Shown piece after piece: positions 1 to 9,602 of a stretch of 32,000 bases of DNA. Every line of letters begins with the position of its first letter. The stretch's first letter is position 1. The stretch is taken from the NCBI RefSeq assembly GCF_003428155.1, contig NZ_QLIR01000008.1, positions 30,001 to 62,000 on the forward strand, read 5' to 3'. The translations under genes were made by a program, and so were the position numbers. The DNA is from Fastidiosibacter lacustris (GTDB lineage: Bacteria; Pseudomonadota; Gammaproteobacteria; Francisellales; Francisellaceae). The notes beneath the pieces are model-generated. The model searched no databases. It saw only the letters and a program-made list of their open reading frames with translations, and had not been told where the DNA came from.

Positions 1-644
1 TTATTCATTTCATGCAAGTTAAAACCTATCACGGAGCACTTTATGAAGTGGACCTACGTTTGCGTCCTGATGGTGAAAATGGCTTTGTTGCAACTAGCAT
101 TCAAAGTTATGAACAATATCTCAAAAACTCTGCCTGGACTTGGGAGCATCAAGCTTTGACACGTGCTCGTTTTATTTGTGGTGACATCGTCATCCAAAAA
201 AAATTTGACATAATACGCACACAAACTATCTGTCAAAAACGCAACATTCAAAAACTCAAACAAGATATTATCAATATGCGCCATAAAATGCGTAAACACT
301 TGTTGAAAGTTTCTGATAATCAATTTGACTTAAAACAAAGCACTGGTGGTATGATCGATATTGAATTTATTGCACAATTCTATGCACTTGCTTACAGTCA
401 CAAAATACCTCCTATTTGTTATTACAGTGATAGCATCCGCATTATTCAAACTATGGAAAGTGCACACATGATTTCATGGACAACTGCACAGACTTTAATT
501 AATCACTATTGTTATTATCGCGATTTAGGATTTAAGTGCTATCTCAATAAAACCGATCCAATTGTTACAATTAAGTCTTGTCAAATACAGGCAAAGCAAA
601 TACACGCCATCTGGGATGAACTATTTATAACAGAAGCACTTTAA
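1..644 (+). CDS. glnE: Glutamine synthetase adenylyltransferase GlnE, C-terminal part (5' end outside window)
   Basis: Reading frame is open to the window edge. YEVDLRLRPDGENGF...WTWEHQALTRARFICGD...GGMIDIEFIAQF parallels E. coli GlnE C-terminal domain (EVDLRLRPSG...WTWEHQALVRAR...GGITDIEFITQY). Confidence 0.9.
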   Translation, partial: IHFMQVKTYHGALYEVDLRLRPDGENGFVATSIQSYEQYLKNSAWTWEHQALTRARFICGDIVIQKKFDIIRTQTICQKRNIQKLKQDIINMRHKMRKHLLKVSDNQFDLKQSTGGMIDIEFIAQFYALAYSHKIPPICYYSDSIRIIQTMESAHMISWTTAQTLINHYCYYRDLGFKCYLNKTDPIVTIKSCQIQAKQIHAIWDELFITEAL

Positions 645-662
645 TAAAGAAATCAATTTGCT

Positions 663-700
663 TTGATCAAAAGATCAATTTTTAAGCTGTTACGACAGCT
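663..700. terminator. Two adjacent hairpins between convergent glnE and bioD (candidate bidirectional terminator region)
   Basis: TTGATC-aaaa-GATCAA (663-678) is followed by TTTTT (679-683). AGCTGT-tacg-ACAGCT lies at 685-700. Stems are short and AT-rich, so support is moderate. Confidence 0.4.
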
Positions 701-702
701 CC

Positions 703-1359
703 TTATTTTATGTGAAAATCAACCGTAAGAATTTTGGGCACACTTAGCATATAGGTTAAAGTGGCAATGTTCTCTTGTAACCTTGGCATATCCGCTTGAA
801 TACAATTAGCAACCCAGCCAATGCAATGAATTTCATTTTGGCGTAAATAATAGTCAGTTAATAAAGCATGATTTATACATCCAAGCTTCATTCCTACGAC
901 TAGTATTACAGGAATATTTAAAGCTTTTAAATAATCTGCCCAGGTTTGATTTAAGTTCAACGGTGTCAATAAACCGCCCACCCCTTCAATCAATAATAGG
1001 TCAGCATCAATTTGTCCAAATGCGTCGTAACTCTGCATCATCAATTTCTCAACACTAAGTTCATCGCTCACATCCTTGGCTGCAATATGTGGAGCAATTG
1101 GCGGCTTATACAAATTTGGATTAACTAATTCATAGTCATAAGATTTGGATGCTGTCTGTTGTAACAAAAGCGCATCCCCATTAACCCATTTTCCATCCTG
1201 CAAGAAAGCACCAGATGCGATAGGTTTTAATCCAGCAACATTTTTCCCCATCTGCTTTATTTGTGTCATTAAATGTATACTAACATAGGTCTTCCCCACC
1301 TCTGTATCTGTACCAATAACACCAATTTTGTTATAGGTTAGCAAAAGCTCTAAACTCAT
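703..1359 (-). CDS. bioD: Dethiobiotin synthetase
   Basis: IGVIGTDTEVGKTYVS P-loop is typical of BioD. Start placed at ATG 1359 (MSLELL...), which forms an ATGA overlap with the bioC stop (1356-1358). The track start at 1413 is probably an upstream extension. Confidence 0.9.
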   Translation of the reverse strand: MSLELLLTYNKIGVIGTDTEVGKTYVSIHLMTQIKQMGKNVAGLKPIASGAFLQDGKWVNGDALLLQQTASKSYDYELVNPNLYKPPIAPHIAAKDVSDELSVEKLMMQSYDAFGQIDADLLLIEGVGGLLTPLNLNQTWADYLKALNIPVILVVGMKLGCINHALLTDYYLRQNEIHCIGWVANCIQADMPRLQENIATLTYMLSVPKILTVDFHIK

Positions 1360-2138
1360 ATTGTTCTCTTTTTCAATATATATAATCCCGTTAGATAAGT
1401 TAGCTGTGCACATTCATCTTGCTGTAAATAACATCGTAACTTAAGTGTTTCCACTTTAGAGTCTCCTAAATAACAATTCACACCTGTATACTTCAAATGC
1501 CTTAGTTGAGAAATACGATCATCAAAAGCAACAACGAATTTTTCACATTTTGCTGTTATTACAACCAAACCATTTTTTTGTAACATTTTAAGTACTTGTA
1601 TATGGTTATAAAAATGATTAATGCGTACCACCTGTTCAAGCTCGTTAAATGTCCCTTTTAACGGAATAGAAAAGCAAAAATAACCATTGTCTTCCAACGT
1701 TTGTTGGATGCGATACAGCAGCAACGAGAACGCACATGACCATTGCAATGCCATATTACTATAAATTAAATGATATTTCTTGCCTGCTAGTTTCATCCAC
1801 ATCTCATCTAAATCAAAATTTGTGCAATAGAAGTTTAATCTATCAAAATTACGAGCATCCAACTTACTGATACACTTTGCCTCTGTAATTAGTTCAACTG
1901 CACAATCAATAGCATCGTAACGTTTACTATTTAGTATTTTGAAAAGCTTAAAACTATCTATGCCATTACCACAACCAAGCTCAAGCACAGAATGCGCATA
2001 TTTCATATAATTGTACATCAGTTGCTGTAGTGTAAGTGTAACTTGTCTTTGCACGTTATCATGTTGTGGATAGCTTGATTTTGCAAGATTAAAACAATGA
2101 CTTATTTCTTTATACAATGTAACGATCTCCACACACAT
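1356..2138 (-). CDS. bioC: Malonyl-ACP O-methyltransferase
   Basis: SAM motif I VLELGCGNGIDS. N-terminus FNLAKSSYPQHDNVQRQ parallels E. coli BioC FGRAAAHYEQHADLQRQ. Sits in the bio operon. Start is uncertain (ATG 2138, GTG 2132 or ATG 2165); all overlap the bioH 3' end. Confidence 0.85.
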   Translation of the reverse strand: MCVEIVTLYKEISHCFNLAKSSYPQHDNVQRQVTLTLQQLMYNYMKYAHSVLELGCGNGIDSFKLFKILNSKRYDAIDCAVELITEAKCISKLDARNFDRLNFYCTNFDLDEMWMKLAGKKYHLIYSNMALQWSCAFSLLLYRIQQTLEDNGYFCFSIPLKGTFNELEQVVRINHFYNHIQVLKMLQKNGLVVITAKCEKFVVAFDDRISQLRHLKYTGVNCYLGDSKVETLKLRCYLQQDECAQLTYLTGLYILKKRTI

Positions 2139-2775
2139 AATGTAAAAGATCAAGGTGACTTGCACCTTTAATCATTACAACATCTAATTGCATCGCTAAG
2201 GTTTTAGAGTCGATAATAGCGTCTTTCTCAGCTAATAAAATCTTGTGTTGGTATTGTGCTACTATCAGCCGTATTTGCTCGATAGCGAAATCAAAACGAA
2301 ACATCCATCTTAGATAATTAAGGTTACTTTTATAATTATCCTGAGTGAAATCTAAAGGAAAGTCGATCTGTTGTAATAAATTTGGAAAACAAATAAGTTT
2401 AATAAACTTATTTGCTAATGCAGTTTGATTTAACTGATACTGACGTATAAACGCTGCTTTTTTTGCATCCTCATGAAACTGCCAAACCAAGGGTAAGCCA
2501 TAAAAATAAATTTTTTGTGGTTGAATTCTTTTCTTCATTAACAATTTTAATAGCCACAAACCACTATGCGACCACGCATGTATTACATGAGCACCTGCTA
2601 AACTCTCTTCTAATTTTGCTAACACCTCTTTTTCATCTCCCACATCAAAATCAGGCATGTTAATACACTGTGACTGAACTAATGTTGGATAAAAGTATTG
2701 CCATATGCTTGCGCTAAAGCCCCAACCAGGTAAGAAAACGTGTTTTTTATCGTTCATATATTTTTGTTTATCCAA
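2110..2775 (-). CDS. bioH: Pimeloyl-ACP methyl ester carboxylesterase (short, divergent BioH-like alpha/beta hydrolase)
   Basis: VFLPGWGFSASIWQYF parallels E. coli BioH LLHGWGLNAEVW. Nucleophile elbow HAWSHSGLW; C-terminal KGASHLDLL supplies the His. Located between bioF and bioC. The start at 2775 is TTG (AGGAG about 10 nt upstream); the alternative is ATG 2757. Confidence 0.7.
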   Translation of the reverse strand: MDKQKYMNDKKHVFLPGWGFSASIWQYFYPTLVQSQCINMPDFDVGDEKEVLAKLEESLAGAHVIHAWSHSGLWLLKLLMKKRIQPQKIYFYGLPLVWQFHEDAKKAAFIRQYQLNQTALANKFIKLICFPNLLQQIDFPLDFTQDNYKSNLNYLRWMFRFDFAIEQIRLIVAQYQHKILLAEKDAIIDSKTLAMQLDVVMIKGASHLDLLHYVCGDRYIV

Positions 2776-2777
2776 AA

Positions 2778-3929
2778 TTACTTACTCCTACACAAACGCA
2801 AAGCATCTAATAGCCCTTTAATATCGCTTTTATCATGTAGTGCCGTTAATGATATGCGTAACCTTGCCGTTTTTTGCGGCACAGTTGGTGGACGAATACA
2901 AGACACTAAAAATCCACGCTCTTTAAGTGCCCCTTGTAACTGCTGAGTTTGTTCATTATCACCAATAATAATGCTACGAATAGGTGTCGCATCGGTTGAG
3001 TAAACATTCAAATCCAAATACTGTGCATAATGGTTAAAATATTCAATATTTTCAAATAATTTATTACGTAAACCATCTGCTTTTTTAAGTACATACAACG
3101 CCGCATTGAGTGCACCTACAATAGGAACGGCTAACGCTGTACTAAAGATATAACTGCGTGCTGTTTGAATTAATAACGTTATCGTATCTAAATCCGCACA
3201 AACAATTGCTCCCATTGCACCCATCGACTTACCACAAGGAAAAATTGTTAGTGCTATATCTTCATGTGTTAAACCTGCATGATTAATCGATCCTCTACCA
3301 TTTTGTCCCAATACACCAAAGCCGTGCGCATCATCAACGATAAGTGTTTTATCAACTGGTAAAGCTTTTTTTCTAATCGCAGATAAAGGTGAAATATTAC
3401 CATCCATACTAAAAACACCTTCTGTTACACAAAATTGAATGCTTTTATCTTGAGTTAAGATTCTCTGTAACGCTTCGATATCTTGATGTGGATAACGCTT
3501 AAATCTAGTCTGACTTAATAAAATACCATCTAAGATAGAAGCATGAATAAGTTTGTCGGTAACGATTGTTTTTTTTTGCTTTGCCAGTAGATTCATAACT
3601 GCAAGGTTTGCATGATATCCTGAGTTAAACAGTAAAGCACAAGGATAACCAACAAACTCAGCAAAAGCCTCTTCTAATGATTTCGTTAATTGAGTTGTTC
3701 CTGAGACAATTGCAGAAGAAGTACTACCCACGCCATAATCATCTATTGCTTTTTGTGCAGCTTTTTTAACTAATGGATGCTGTGACAAGCCTAAATAATC
3801 ATTGCTACTAAAATCAATTAAGCCTTTATCTTCAAGCAAAATAACTTTTCCCTTTCGCTCTAAAAATAATCGTTGGCGATAAAGCCCATTTAGCTTAATT
3901 TCTTCTATAACATCAATGGCAAGCTTCAT
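2778..3929 (-). CDS. bioF: 8-amino-7-oxononanoate synthase
   Basis: PLP alpha-oxoamine synthase features: [30 protein letters not shown] (PLP lysine). Bio operon position. Confidence 0.9.
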   Translation of the reverse strand: MKLAIDVIEEIKLNGLYRQRLFLERKGKVILLEDKGLIDFSSNDYLGLSQHPLVKKAAQKAIDDYGVGSTSSAIVSGTTQLTKSLEEAFAEFVGYPCALLFNSGYHANLAVMNLLAKQKKTIVTDKLIHASILDGILLSQTRFKRYPHQDIEALQRILTQDKSIQFCVTEGVFSMDGNISPLSAIRKKALPVDKTLIVDDAHGFGVLGQNGRGSINHAGLTHEDIALTIFPCGKSMGAMGAIVCADLDTITLLIQTARSYIFSTALAVPIVGALNAALYVLKKADGLRNKLFENIEYFNHYAQYLDLNVYSTDATPIRSIIIGDNEQTQQLQGALKERGFLVSCIRPPTVPQKTARLRISLTALHDKSDIKGLLDALRLCRSK

Positions 3930-4914
3930 TTATTGCTCTTGTTTCATTGATATATTCATAATGTTTATCAGTAGTTTGCTCAATTTCAAAGCCCAACTCT
4001 GTTAATAAAGCCAGATCATGCTCTTCACTTGGATTAGTTGCAGTTAATAACTTATCACCATAAAAAATCGAATTTGCTCCTGCTAAAAATGCTAACGATT
4101 GCATTTCATCACTCATCTGTGAACGTCCAGCCGATAAACGAATTTTTGAAGTTGGGAGCAAAATTCTCGCCACTGCAATTGTACGTACAAAGTCAAACGT
4201 TTTGACTTGTATTTTATTCAGTTTATCACCAAGTGGCGTACCAGGCACAGGAATAAGTTGATTAATAGGGACACTGGCAGGAGGTGTTTTAAGATTTGCC
4301 AAAGTCACTAACATTTGCAATCGATCTTCTATGCTTTCACCCATACCAAGGATCCCACCACAGCAAACTTTCATACCTGCCTCTGCAACCTTTTGCAATG
4401 TATCCAAGCGTGATTGATAATCTCTGGTCGTGATAATGTATTTATAATAGTTTTCTGATGTATCCAAATTATGGTTATAATAATCAAGGCCAGCCTCTGC
4501 TAACATCTGAGCTTGTTCTTTACTCAACATCCCTAAGGTCATACAGGTTTCTAGGCCTTGCTCCTTAACAGCTTGAATGATTTCTATGAGTTTTGGCATC
4601 GCTTTTAGTGGAGGGTTACGCCATGCTGCTCCCATACAAAAACGCTTGGCACCCAATGCTTTTGCTTTTACTACTTGAGGGATAATAAGCTCAACATCCA
4701 TAAGTTTTTCTTTTTTGATGTCAACGTTATAATGTGCGCTTTGTGGGCAATATCTACAATCTTCAGGGCAACTACCTGTTTTAATACTCAGTAATGTGCA
4801 TAATTCCATTTCATCTCTAAAATGCATTCTGTGCACGGTTTGAGCTTCAAACAAAAGTGCATTAAATGGCTTACTATACAAGGTTTTGGCATATTCTAGC
4901 GTTATATTTTGCAT
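3913..4914 (-). CDS. bioB: Biotin synthase (radical SAM)
   Basis: [11 protein letters not shown] radical-SAM cysteine motif, YNHNLDTS, 333 aa. 17-nt overlap with the bioF start. Confidence 0.95.
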   Translation of the reverse strand: MQNITLEYAKTLYSKPFNALLFEAQTVHRMHFRDEMELCTLLSIKTGSCPEDCRYCPQSAHYNVDIKKEKLMDVELIIPQVVKAKALGAKRFCMGAAWRNPPLKAMPKLIEIIQAVKEQGLETCMTLGMLSKEQAQMLAEAGLDYYNHNLDTSENYYKYIITTRDYQSRLDTLQKVAEAGMKVCCGGILGMGESIEDRLQMLVTLANLKTPPASVPINQLIPVPGTPLGDKLNKIQVKTFDFVRTIAVARILLPTSKIRLSAGRSQMSDEMQSLAFLAGANSIFYGDKLLTATNPSEEHDLALLTELGFEIEQTTDKHYEYINETRAINEACH

Positions 4915-4970
4915 GGCTTTCCTAATACTGCTTCCTATGCGCCAACAATCTACGTATACTTTTCAACTCA

Positions 4971-4998
4971 GTCAACTTTTATTTTTAAAGAAGTTTAC
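4971..4998. promoter_or_regulatory. Candidate BirA operator in the bioB/bioA divergent region
   Basis: Imperfect inverted repeat GTCAAC-N16-GTTTAC ends 2 nt before the bioA ATG. It resembles the gammaproteobacterial bioO half-site TGTAAAC/GTTTACA. The right half matches well; the left half has a mismatch. Confidence 0.25.
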
Positions 4999-5000
4999 AA

Positions 5001-6290
5001 ATGTACTCAACTCATCTATGGCACCCTTGCTCCCAAATGAAGGACTATGAAAGCTTTAACCCACTTAATATTACCCAAGCAAAAGGAAACTTTGTTTATC
5101 ACAATAATAAACCAATTATCGATGCTATTTCCAGCTGGTGGTGTAAGTCTTTAGGACACAATCATCCACAACTCCAGGCAGCTTTAATCACTCAATTGAA
5201 CTTACTTGAGCATACCATTCTAGCTAATACCACCAATCCAACTATTGAAAAATTTACAAAAAAGCTTTGCACACTTACTCGAACTGATAAAGTCTTGTTT
5301 GCCAGTGATGGTTCTTGTGCAGTGGAAATAGCTCTTAAAATGAGTATTCATGCCAGAATAATACGTGGTCAAACAAAGAAGACTCAATTTGCTGCGTTGC
5401 GGAATAGTTATCACGGTGAAACTTGTGCAACGTTAAGCGTCAGTGACTCAGGTTTATATAAAAAACCATACCAAAGTTTATTATTTGATTGCACTTTTTT
5501 AACTGCTATACCCTACGTTAGTGGTAAAAAAGACATACTTTGGCATGATGCTAAAGAACACTGGTTTCAAACACAGACACAACTAGAAATGATTAAAGAT
5601 AAGCTTAATGCCATCATTATTGAACCTTTAATTCAAGGCGCAGGTGGAATGCTCATCTATAGCAAAGATTATTTATCTTACCTCTCACAGTGGTGCAAAG
5701 AAAATGACGTTTATCTTATTGCTGATGAAATCATGACTGGCATCGGTCGCACAGGCAAAATGTTAGCATGTCAATATGCCAACATAACAGCTGATTTTAT
5801 TTGCTTATCCAAAGGACTCACTTCTGGCATGCTACCATTAAGTGTTTGTCTAACTCATGATTTTATTTATGCATTATTTTATGATGATTATAAAACTCAA
5901 AAAGCTTTTATGCACTCACATACCCATAGTGGAAATACGCTTGCTTGTGCAGTTGCCTTAGCAACCTTAGAAACATTTGAGAATGAACAGATTTTAGATT
6001 ACGTTAATCATACACTTGCACCTACACTTGCTCGTAACTTATATGAAGTGGCCGATAAAACTCAAGCTTTGCACAACATTCACCATTTAGGTGCAGTGGT
6101 TGCTGCTGATATTAAAAACCCATCTCATCCACGCCAAGGTTATCAAGTCTACCAAAAGGCTGTGCAATTAGGAGCATTTCTTCGACCATTGGGCAATACG
6201 ATTTATTGGTTACCGCCTTTAAATACGGATCTTAAAACGCTCAATCAGCTCAAAGACATCACAATACAAGCCTTGTTAACGCTAGATTAA
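5001..6290 (+). CDS. bioA: Adenosylmethionine-8-amino-7-oxononanoate aminotransferase
   Basis: LWHPCSQM N-terminus, class III aminotransferase motifs IADEIMTGIGRTGK and LSKGLTSG (PLP Lys). Divergent from bioB. Confidence 0.9.
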   Translation: MYSTHLWHPCSQMKDYESFNPLNITQAKGNFVYHNNKPIIDAISSWWCKSLGHNHPQLQAALITQLNLLEHTILANTTNPTIEKFTKKLCTLTRTDKVLFASDGSCAVEIALKMSIHARIIRGQTKKTQFAALRNSYHGETCATLSVSDSGLYKKPYQSLLFDCTFLTAIPYVSGKKDILWHDAKEHWFQTQTQLEMIKDKLNAIIIEPLIQGAGGMLIYSKDYLSYLSQWCKENDVYLIADEIMTGIGRTGKMLACQYANITADFICLSKGLTSGMLPLSVCLTHDFIYALFYDDYKTQKAFMHSHTHSGNTLACAVALATLETFENEQILDYVNHTLAPTLARNLYEVADKTQALHNIHHLGAVVAADIKNPSHPRQGYQVYQKAVQLGAFLRPLGNTIYWLPPLNTDLKTLNQLKDITIQALLTLD

Positions 6291-6354
6291 GCGTTATTAA
6301 CAATTATCCTTTTGATCAGCGCTTGACATGCCTAAGCCGCACTCAATTGAACTT

Positions 6355-7527
6355 CTATCGCAATTTAAAAATATAACACTTTAAATAATCATGGTAGTCG
6401 ACTTGCACTGACTGAGTATGACAAGGGGATGAGTAGCCCTTATGGAGTAAAATCATATTAACACCTAACGACTGAATGATTTCAAAAAACAGCTCTTCTG
6501 TTAAGTGGCGACTACAACTACACGCGATAAACAACCCCCCTTTATTGAGACATGCTAAGCTCAACCGATACAGTCGCTGATATGCACGTATCGCCTCTGC
6601 TAAATGCTTTTTAGATTTAGCAAAAGCAGGCGGGTCAGCAACCACAACATCATAGTACCTATTCATGGTAGTCAATGATTTAAGTGCTTCAAACATATCA
6701 CCATGCAATAAAGTAATGACTTTACCACTTGCTGCTTGCTCAATGTTGTGTTTTGCCATATTAAGTGCTTTTTCGCTTTGATCAATCAAGGTAAAAACTT
6801 TTAACTGTTGTGAAGCTGTAACACTCCATGCACCCATATAGCAACAAACATCTAGCATTGATGACAGCTGCTCGGTGAGATAGTCTTGAAAAGCAATTAA
6901 GTTACATCTTTGGTCGATAAATAGACCCGTTTTCTGTCCATGCACTAAATCAAAGCTCAAGTTATTACCAGCAAGTTTAGTTGTTTGTATTGATTCAGCT
7001 TGTAAATACTGCCATTGTACAATACTTTGCAAACCTTCTTGCTCACGTACTTGACCAGTGCTGCGCTCAAAAACAGCAACTGCTGGCATTAACTGACTAA
7101 GTGCTTTAATAACAAAAGGCATTAATAAATCTGCACTTGCAGCGCTAGACTGCACAACGTTGACTGCACCATAGCAGTCAATCGTAATACCAGGTAAACC
7201 ATCATGATCGCCGTGACATAAGCGAAAAGCTTCTTGGCATTGGACAAATTTAAACACTTCTTTCTCTTGATATAGATGCTCGAGAAATTCAATAATAACT
7301 TTTTCTAATCCGTGTATTACAATCTCTTCTATACTTAACGCTGACACTCTCACTGCCATCAATTGATGCTTACTGTATAAGGCAAGTCTTTGTTTACATT
7401 GCACTAAACTACAGCCTTGGGCATTTAATTTTGATTGATCTAAATGCTCAATCTCATTGCTGTAAAAAATGCTACGTACATGATAGTTTTTGATCTTCTT
7501 TACTAAGGTAATTTCAGTTAACTGCAT
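6355..7527 (-). CDS. rlmI: Class I SAM-dependent rRNA (cytosine-C5) methyltransferase, RlmI-like
   Basis: 390 aa. N-terminal PUA-like region plus methyltransferase core with VVADPPAFAKSKK (DPPxF motif typical of RlmI/YwbD-type enzymes). Confidence 0.7.
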   Translation of the reverse strand: MQLTEITLVKKIKNYHVRSIFYSNEIEHLDQSKLNAQGCSLVQCKQRLALYSKHQLMAVRVSALSIEEIVIHGLEKVIIEFLEHLYQEKEVFKFVQCQEAFRLCHGDHDGLPGITIDCYGAVNVVQSSAASADLLMPFVIKALSQLMPAVAVFERSTGQVREQEGLQSIVQWQYLQAESIQTTKLAGNNLSFDLVHGQKTGLFIDQRCNLIAFQDYLTEQLSSMLDVCCYMGAWSVTASQQLKVFTLIDQSEKALNMAKHNIEQAASGKVITLLHGDMFEALKSLTTMNRYYDVVVADPPAFAKSKKHLAEAIRAYQRLYRLSLACLNKGGLFIACSCSRHLTEELFFEIIQSLGVNMILLHKGYSSPCHTQSVQVDYHDYLKCYIFKLR

Positions 7528-7672
7528 ATTGATTTTTATCTTTTTACAAAAAATTGCGTGCTTATTGTATACTCATCACAAACCACTTTACAGCTTTTTT
7601 GACTTTGATCCTCCTTTCCATTTAGCGAAAAAGCCATTAGCATTTATTTTTATTTACTTTAAATATTTCATT

Positions 7673-8491
7673 ATGCCAGAGCTACCCGAAGTTGAAACCA
7701 TCAAAAATGGCTTAAACCAATACTGCATCAATAAAACCATTGTTGAGGCTGGTATCTATTGTCAAAAGTTGCGTTATCCACTTGATCCTACACTCTGTCA
7801 AAAGCTAAAAGGTCAAGTGATTCTTAACTTTGAGCGCCGTGGTAAGCATTTAATTGTCAAGTTAGCTAATTATACGCTTATTATTCATCTGGGGATGTCT
7901 GGCTCATTGCAAATTGTTGATACAGATTGCTATAAGCTTCAAAAACATAACCATATCGTGCTGAAACTTAACGATAATACTACCCTTTTTTATCACGACC
8001 CTAGGAGATTTGGTTATTGGCATATCACAAGCGATGATCCACTTCAGCATAGATGTTTTAATCATTATGGCTTAGAACCACTGAGTGATGTATTTACTCC
8101 AAAGTATCTTGTCAACGCATTAAAATCGCGCAAACAACCGATAAAATCTTCAATTATGGATAATAAAATCGTGGTTGGTATTGGTAATATTTACGCCTGT
8201 GAAAGCTTATTCTTAGCACAGCTTCATCCTCAAAAAGCCAGTAATATACTGACAATAAAAGAGCACCATCAATTGATTAATGCAATAAAAACCACCTTGG
8301 CGGATGCGATCACTCAAGGTGGTACAACCTTAAAGGATTATAAAAATGCAACAGGCAAACCTGGCTATTTTGCACAAAAACTAAAAGTCTATGGTCAAAA
8401 AGACAAACCTTGTGTAATTTGCCACACTGCAATTAAAGCAATAACACTGGCTCAACGTACAACTTTTTATTGTCCAAACTGCCAAAGATAA
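7673..8491 (+). CDS. mutM: Formamidopyrimidine-DNA glycosylase
   Basis: Canonical N-terminus MPELPEVET at ATG 7673. The track start at 7490 is an upstream extension overlapping rlmI. C-terminal zinc finger CVICHTAI...YCPNCQ. Confidence 0.95.
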   Translation: MPELPEVETIKNGLNQYCINKTIVEAGIYCQKLRYPLDPTLCQKLKGQVILNFERRGKHLIVKLANYTLIIHLGMSGSLQIVDTDCYKLQKHNHIVLKLNDNTTLFYHDPRRFGYWHITSDDPLQHRCFNHYGLEPLSDVFTPKYLVNALKSRKQPIKSSIMDNKIVVGIGNIYACESLFLAQLHPQKASNILTIKEHHQLINAIKTTLADAITQGGTTLKDYKNATGKPGYFAQKLKVYGQKDKPCVICHTAIKAITLAQRTTFYCPNCQR

Positions 8492-8513
8492 GTAAACATC
8501 TTGCTTCATTAAC

Positions 8514-8729
8514 GTGAACTTTGCCAATACAGATAATTTAAAAGTAAAACACTTCTCATTTGGAGTTGATAATTATTTTTGCCCAGGCTCAAAAATAACA
8601 AATAAGTTGGGTGAAAATTTTATTGACTTTATAAAAAATAATAAGGCTTTGACGGGAAAGTCTATGTTGGATATAGAATTTGAAGAAAATATTGGTTATC
8701 AGAAAATTAAAAAATTTATGATAGGATAA
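8514..8729 (+). CDS. Hypothetical 71-aa protein (doubtful; possibly a gene remnant)
   Basis: GTG-initiated ORF ending 4 nt before the HAD gene ATG. No family recognised. LTGKSMLDIEFEEN loosely resembles a degenerate SAM-methyltransferase motif I. Very low GC. Confidence 0.2.
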   Translation: MNFANTDNLKVKHFSFGVDNYFCPGSKITNKLGENFIDFIKNNKALTGKSMLDIEFEENIGYQKIKKFMIG

Positions 8730-8733
8730 AGAT

Positions 8734-9504
8734 ATGAATTTTGTGTTTGATATTGATGGCACAATATGTAACAACGGAAGATATATTGATCCTAATATCG
8801 AAAAAGCGATATTGGAATTATCAAAAACAAGAAATGTCATTTTTGCATCTGCCAGACCGATTCGGGATATGTTGCCTTTAATTGATAGCTCATTACATAA
8901 AAGTTTGCTGATCGGCTGCAATGGCGGAATTCATTATAAAGATGGTAGTTTTGGTAAAACTCGTTATTTTAAGAAAGAACAGATAATAAGGGTAATAGAG
9001 TTTATTAAGAACAATGATATGCCCTATGTCCTTGATAGTGATTGGTTCTTTTCTTTATCAGAAAAAAAACATATGTTTCATGATTATATAAGGTCATTAA
9101 GTAATTACGAACTTAGTGAGAAAAAATTGATAAGTAAGGGGGTAACAAAGCTATTAATTTTAGAGAATAAGTTTAAAAACAAATTAATAAAATATCTAAA
9201 TAAACAGAATATATTGTATAGTTTAAATCATCACACTCAAGAGAGTTTTTTTGATATCACCCCAACTAAAAATAACAAGCTGGTCGCTTTAGAAGAGTGC
9301 AATATTGACGTTTCTCGTTCTGTATGTTTCGGTAATGATATGAATGATTTTGAAATGTTAGACAACGCATTTATATCTGTATTTGTGGGCACTAAAAGTT
9401 CTTACAACAAAGCTTCAATTTATACCGATTTTCACCATGTTCATAATGTAATAAAAGACTTATCGTCAAACGCTCTAAGAACAAAATGCTTGTCACAAAT
9501 ATAA
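8734..9504 (+). CDS. HAD-superfamily hydrolase, Cof-type (subfamily IIB) phosphatase
   Basis: Motif I FDIDGTICNNG, motif II FASARP, motif IV FGNDMNDFEML, with an intervening cap-domain-sized insert. AGGA about 9 nt upstream of the ATG. Confidence 0.75.
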   Translation: MNFVFDIDGTICNNGRYIDPNIEKAILELSKTRNVIFASARPIRDMLPLIDSSLHKSLLIGCNGGIHYKDGSFGKTRYFKKEQIIRVIEFIKNNDMPYVLDSDWFFSLSEKKHMFHDYIRSLSNYELSEKKLISKGVTKLLILENKFKNKLIKYLNKQNILYSLNHHTQESFFDITPTKNNKLVALEECNIDVSRSVCFGNDMNDFEMLDNAFISVFVGTKSSYNKASIYTDFHHVHNVIKDLSSNALRTKCLSQI

Positions 9505-9602
9505 GCAGGGTGCTTAGGAAAGTTTTTGGTAATTATGTCATTTCTTCAAACAAAATATCTATGTTGGAATATTAAACTGTTTGTGTTGTTTTTCAGGGAC
9601 AA

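Noticed and set aside
7490-7672. Long N-terminal extensions suggested by the ORF track (mutM 7490, bioD 1413, ATP-grasp 12675, trmJ 14248, suhB 14213, cphA 22707, grxB 27819, lipoprotein 31854)
   Set aside because: Homologue N-termini (for example [28 protein letters not shown]) and SD positions support the internal starts. The extensions overlap neighbouring genes or lack SDs.
8589-8921. 110-aa minus-strand ORF spanning the small ORF/HAD junction, and similar antisense ORFs at 54-323, 2463-2946, 5220-5414, 13477-14054, 17143-17560, 23225-23570, 25492-27502, 27908-28180 and 29480-29927
   Set aside because: All are antisense to confidently identified genes and have no recognisable family or SD. 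They are expected by chance in AT-rich DNA.
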